Assembly (NCBI GenBank): GCA_963733035.1
Contig: CAVTBU010000009.1
Coordinates: 96,001 to 160,000 of the forward strand
Reading direction: 5' to 3'
Length of the DNA: 64,000 bases
From: Pirellulales bacterium
Lineage (GTDB): Bacteria; Planctomycetota; Planctomycetia; Pirellulales; PALSA-1355
This document shows positions 61,560-64,000 of this stretch, one piece after another (position 1 is the stretch's first letter; the number at the start of each line of letters is the position of its first letter). A model generated the notes under the pieces. The model had not been told where the DNA came from. It saw only the letters and a program-made list of their open reading frames with translations, and searched no databases. A program made the translations under genes and the position numbers.

Positions 61560-64000
61560 TCAATTGCCGGCGTCAGAAGCAGAAGCGGCCGCCGAATCGC
61601 TGACGCGAGCACCGGGAAGCAGCAGATTATTGAATCGGTCGACCGGTTGGTCGGCCGTCCATGCCATGCCCCGCAACACGAGTAGCCGGAACAGCTGATC
61701 GTCAAACGTCCAGCTGTAGTGTCCCAGAATGCAAGCGAATACGCGTCCCTGGCCGGGCCGGTAGGTCCAGAGCAGCGGTCGCGGCATGCCGTCTTCGACT
61801 TGGGTGGCCAGCACCTGGACGCGGCTCTCATCGCCGATGAGTTGCCAATAGCTTTCGTCGACGAAATGCAGGGTGGTAAAGCCCGCCGTGATGGGATGTG
61901 GCTGTGGCATGCGCAGATTGAGATCGAGTTCGCCGTGGCGGTATTTCGACCCGTCGGGGTTCCAGGCCAAACCGATTCGCTCCGCGTATTCTTCCGGCGC
62001 CCGTTGGCCGTTGACAGCGTAGTGCAACAGCACGAGTCCGCCGCCACGATCGAAATAGGCGTCAAGTTCTCGTGCGCGCGCCGGCGCCCAGGCTGGGTTG
62101 GCCGAAAACATCACGATGACGTCGGCCGTTTCCCACTGCTGGGGCGTCGGCCACGGGTCGGCCGTTTCGACAGTTACCGCGGCAGCGAGGTTTAGCAACC
62201 GGGTCCATCGCGCCTGCCAGGCCGGGTAGTCATGTTCGCCGGGGCCATGGTCTTTGGGACCGGCGACAAGTACGATCTCGAGCGGTTTGAGCTGTTCAAA
62301 GTCGACCGGTTTGGCATCGCGGAGGACGGCACCGATCTCCGCCCGTGTTCGCGCTGGCGGCGCGCCGGGTTGTTCGATGGGTGCCGGCTTTAAATCGCTC
62401 GGTTCGGCCAGCAGGAGAAAGCAGAGCAGGTCGCGCATCGCGTTCTCGCCAAGCAGTTTCGGAATCCCTTCCGGCATAATCGAAATCGTGGCTGGTTTCA
62501 TTTCCTCAACACTATCTCGCCGCACCTCGGTTTCAAGCCCCTTGGCGTCGCCGATCCGCAGCAGGTCGCCTTGTGGCTTGACCATGCCCGTCAGCACGCG
62601 GCCATCGTCGAGCACCACGTTGTAGGCCTGGTTGTCGGGGTTGATCGCAAAACTGGGATGCGTGATGTCGCGCAGCACGGAAGTGTAGTCGCGATGCACG
62701 AGGTTCGACAGGTCCGGTCCAATCCAACCGCCGCGACCACTCACGGTGTGACACTTTCCGCATTGTGCCTTTTCGCCGTAAAAGAGCTCGCGGCCGCGGT
62801 GCCAGTCGCCACCGGCCAGCTCGGCCTGCGCAGCGGACATCGGCCCAGACGTGTCATCCGATCGTCGTGCCCAGGGGAGCATGAACTTTCGCGGCTGAAA
62901 GGCTCGAGGGCGAGGGTCTTCGTCGGTGTGCCAACTGGCGGAGAGAACTTTGTCACCGCCACCGGTTGTCAGCACGATCTCGACAGGAATCCAATCGTTA
63001 CTCACCTCCTCTTTCGTCCATTCCAAACGATGCGTACCGTCAATCGTCGGCTTCGAGTGATGCTCTTTCTCGCCATCGACAAACGTTAGAGGCGCGGCTG
63101 ACGTGAGCACAACGGTAACGTTCTCCGGGGGAAATTCCGCATCCGGCGTCGAGCCGGGCTGCACGGCCGGCCGCAGCATGCGCGAAAGGTCGAGTTGTGA
63201 ACGAAGCGTCATCGTTCCGGGGATTGAGGAAATCTCCGCGAGGCGGTCGGCTTCGGCAGTGCCCACGATCAGTCCTCTTGCCGCGCCCAAATCGACATGC
63301 GGCAGCCAGCTCTGCCAGTCCGACTTCCCATCGGCCGACCGCCACTCCGCCTCGACTCCCGACAGATCGTAGCTGACTTCCACATCGGGAAGCTGCGGCA
63401 GCGCGTCGGCTGGGCTTGAAGACATTTCGTTGGCCGTTGGGAAGATCGCGGCATAGCCAACGGCCTGGGCATGTGCCCCGGTATTCAATATCAGCGAACG
63501 CCGGTCGGCCGTGAGATTGGCCGCAAGCACCGGCAGCACTCCGCGCGGCGTTCGCATTTGCCGTTCGACGACGGCATAGCCGGGCCACAGCGACTCGAAA
63601 CGGTCGCCAGCCCGCACGTAGGCGCCGGATTCAATCATGGCGTTCGAGTAGCGTCGGAATTCTTCCGCGTCCAGCGGCCGATCAAAAGCGATGCGCACTT
63701 CATGCGGCGAGGCCGCCCAGGCGCGGACGGGCTGCGGTCGCTGCGGTTCGGCATAGTGCAACTTGTAGAGTTTGCCCTGACCGCTGGGCCCGCTTCCCCA
63801 GTCGGGTCCTCCACTGTGAACCGCTACAACCAGATCGCCGTCGGGCGATAAGCAAGAATCGATCGTGAGCATGTTGAGGCAACCGAGAACGTCGGCATCA
63901 GCCACGTAGCCTAAGTCGGTCTTCACGAGCGTCGTGCGGAACAGTTTGCCGCGGGAATACCCGCACACGAAGGCATTGTCCTGCCACCACGTCGGCCCAA
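61560..64000 (-). CDS. PVC-type heme-binding CxxCH protein with C-terminal ThuA-like domain (5' part outside the window)
   Basis: GDWHRGRELFY...CGKCH..GPDLS and SIMPEG; ThuA-like GPKDHGPGEHDY, HPIT, DESYW and GRVF...GH. Frame stays open to the window edge. Confidence 0.87.
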   Translation of the reverse strand, partial: GPTWWQDNAFVCGYSRGKLFRTTLVKTDLGYVADADVLGCLNMLTIDSCLSPDGDLVVAVHSGGPDWGSGPSGQGKLYKLHYAEPQRPQPVRAWAASPHEVRIAFDRPLDAEEFRRYSNAMIESGAYVRAGDRFESLWPGYAVVERQMRTPRGVLPVLAANLTADRRSLILNTGAHAQAVGYAAIFPTANEMSSSPADALPQLPDVEVSYDLSGVEAEWRSADGKSDWQSWLPHVDLGAARGLIVGTAEADRLAEISSIPGTMTLRSQLDLSRMLRPAVQPGSTPDAEFPPENVTVVLTSAAPLTFVDGEKEHHSKPTIDGTHRLEWTKEEVSNDWIPVEIVLTTGGGDKVLSASWHTDEDPRPRAFQPRKFMLPWARRSDDTSGPMSAAQAELAGGDWHRGRELFYGEKAQCGKCHTVSGRGGWIGPDLSNLVHRDYTSVLRDITHPSFAINPDNQAYNVVLDDGRVLTGMVKPQGDLLRIGDAKGLETEVRRDSVEEMKPATISIMPEGIPKLLGENAMRDLLCFLLLAEPSDLKPAPIEQPGAPPARTRAEIGAVLRDAKPVDFEQLKPLEIVLVAGPKDHGPGEHDYPAWQARWTRLLNLAAAVTVETADPWPTPQQWETADVIVMFSANPAWAPARARELDAYFDRGGGLVLLHYAVNGQRAPEEYAERIGLAWNPDGSKYRHGELDLNLRMPQPHPITAGFTTLHFVDESYWQLIGDESRVQVLATQVEDGMPRPLLWTYRPGQGRVFACILGHYSWTFDDQLFRLLVLRGMAWTADQPVDRFNNLLLPGARVSDSAAASASDAGN

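Noticed and set aside
862..63882. Many long antisense or overlapping ORFs (e.g. 4901..6025, 17104..18558, 35019..36326, 42393..43538, 52090..53037)
   Set aside because: Shadow ORFs of well-supported genes, expected in high-GC DNA; no family motifs.
1..64000. CRISPR array, prophage, IS element or rRNA
   Set aside because: No regularly spaced direct repeats and no integrase, transposase, phage or rRNA signatures were recognised.

Overview
GC-rich bacterial chromosome segment, almost certainly Planctomycetota (Pirellulales-like): it has DUF1501 and PSD1/cytochrome c genes, a DUF1559 prepilin-like gene, LEERRLL-type N-terminal motifs with dockerin domains, a PVC-type CxxCH protein and a sulfatase. 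Family assignments come from motif recognition only; no database search was run. Left to right: partial HhH-type nuclease/glycosylase; SGNH hydrolase; an acyclic-terpene-utilisation-like (atu) acyl-CoA cluster (1.9-12.8 kb); mixed hydrolase and housekeeping genes; three tandem dockerin + PqaA-family hydrolase paralogs (29.6-36.9 kb); more metabolic genes; the locus described next; then a J-domain/LRR gene, a glutaminase-like gene, mgtE, a GNAT, a sulfatase and a partial CxxCH/ThuA gene. The most interesting locus is at about 47.97-53.92 kb. It has three tandem paralogous small Sec-exported Gly/Ser/Asn/aromatic-rich proteins sharing an SDxDGLxVRGKG pro-motif, each followed by a terminator. Next to them are an outer-membrane beta-barrel and, divergently, a FapF-like barrel transporter plus a stand-alone signal-peptide-bearing C39 peptidase (FapD-like). 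This looks like a planctomycete counterpart of the Fap functional-amyloid/fibre secretion system with non-FapC subunits (inference). Six otherwise intact genes each carry one frameshift, probably assembly errors; five lie next to GCGC. No rRNA, tRNA, CRISPR array or transposase was recognised.
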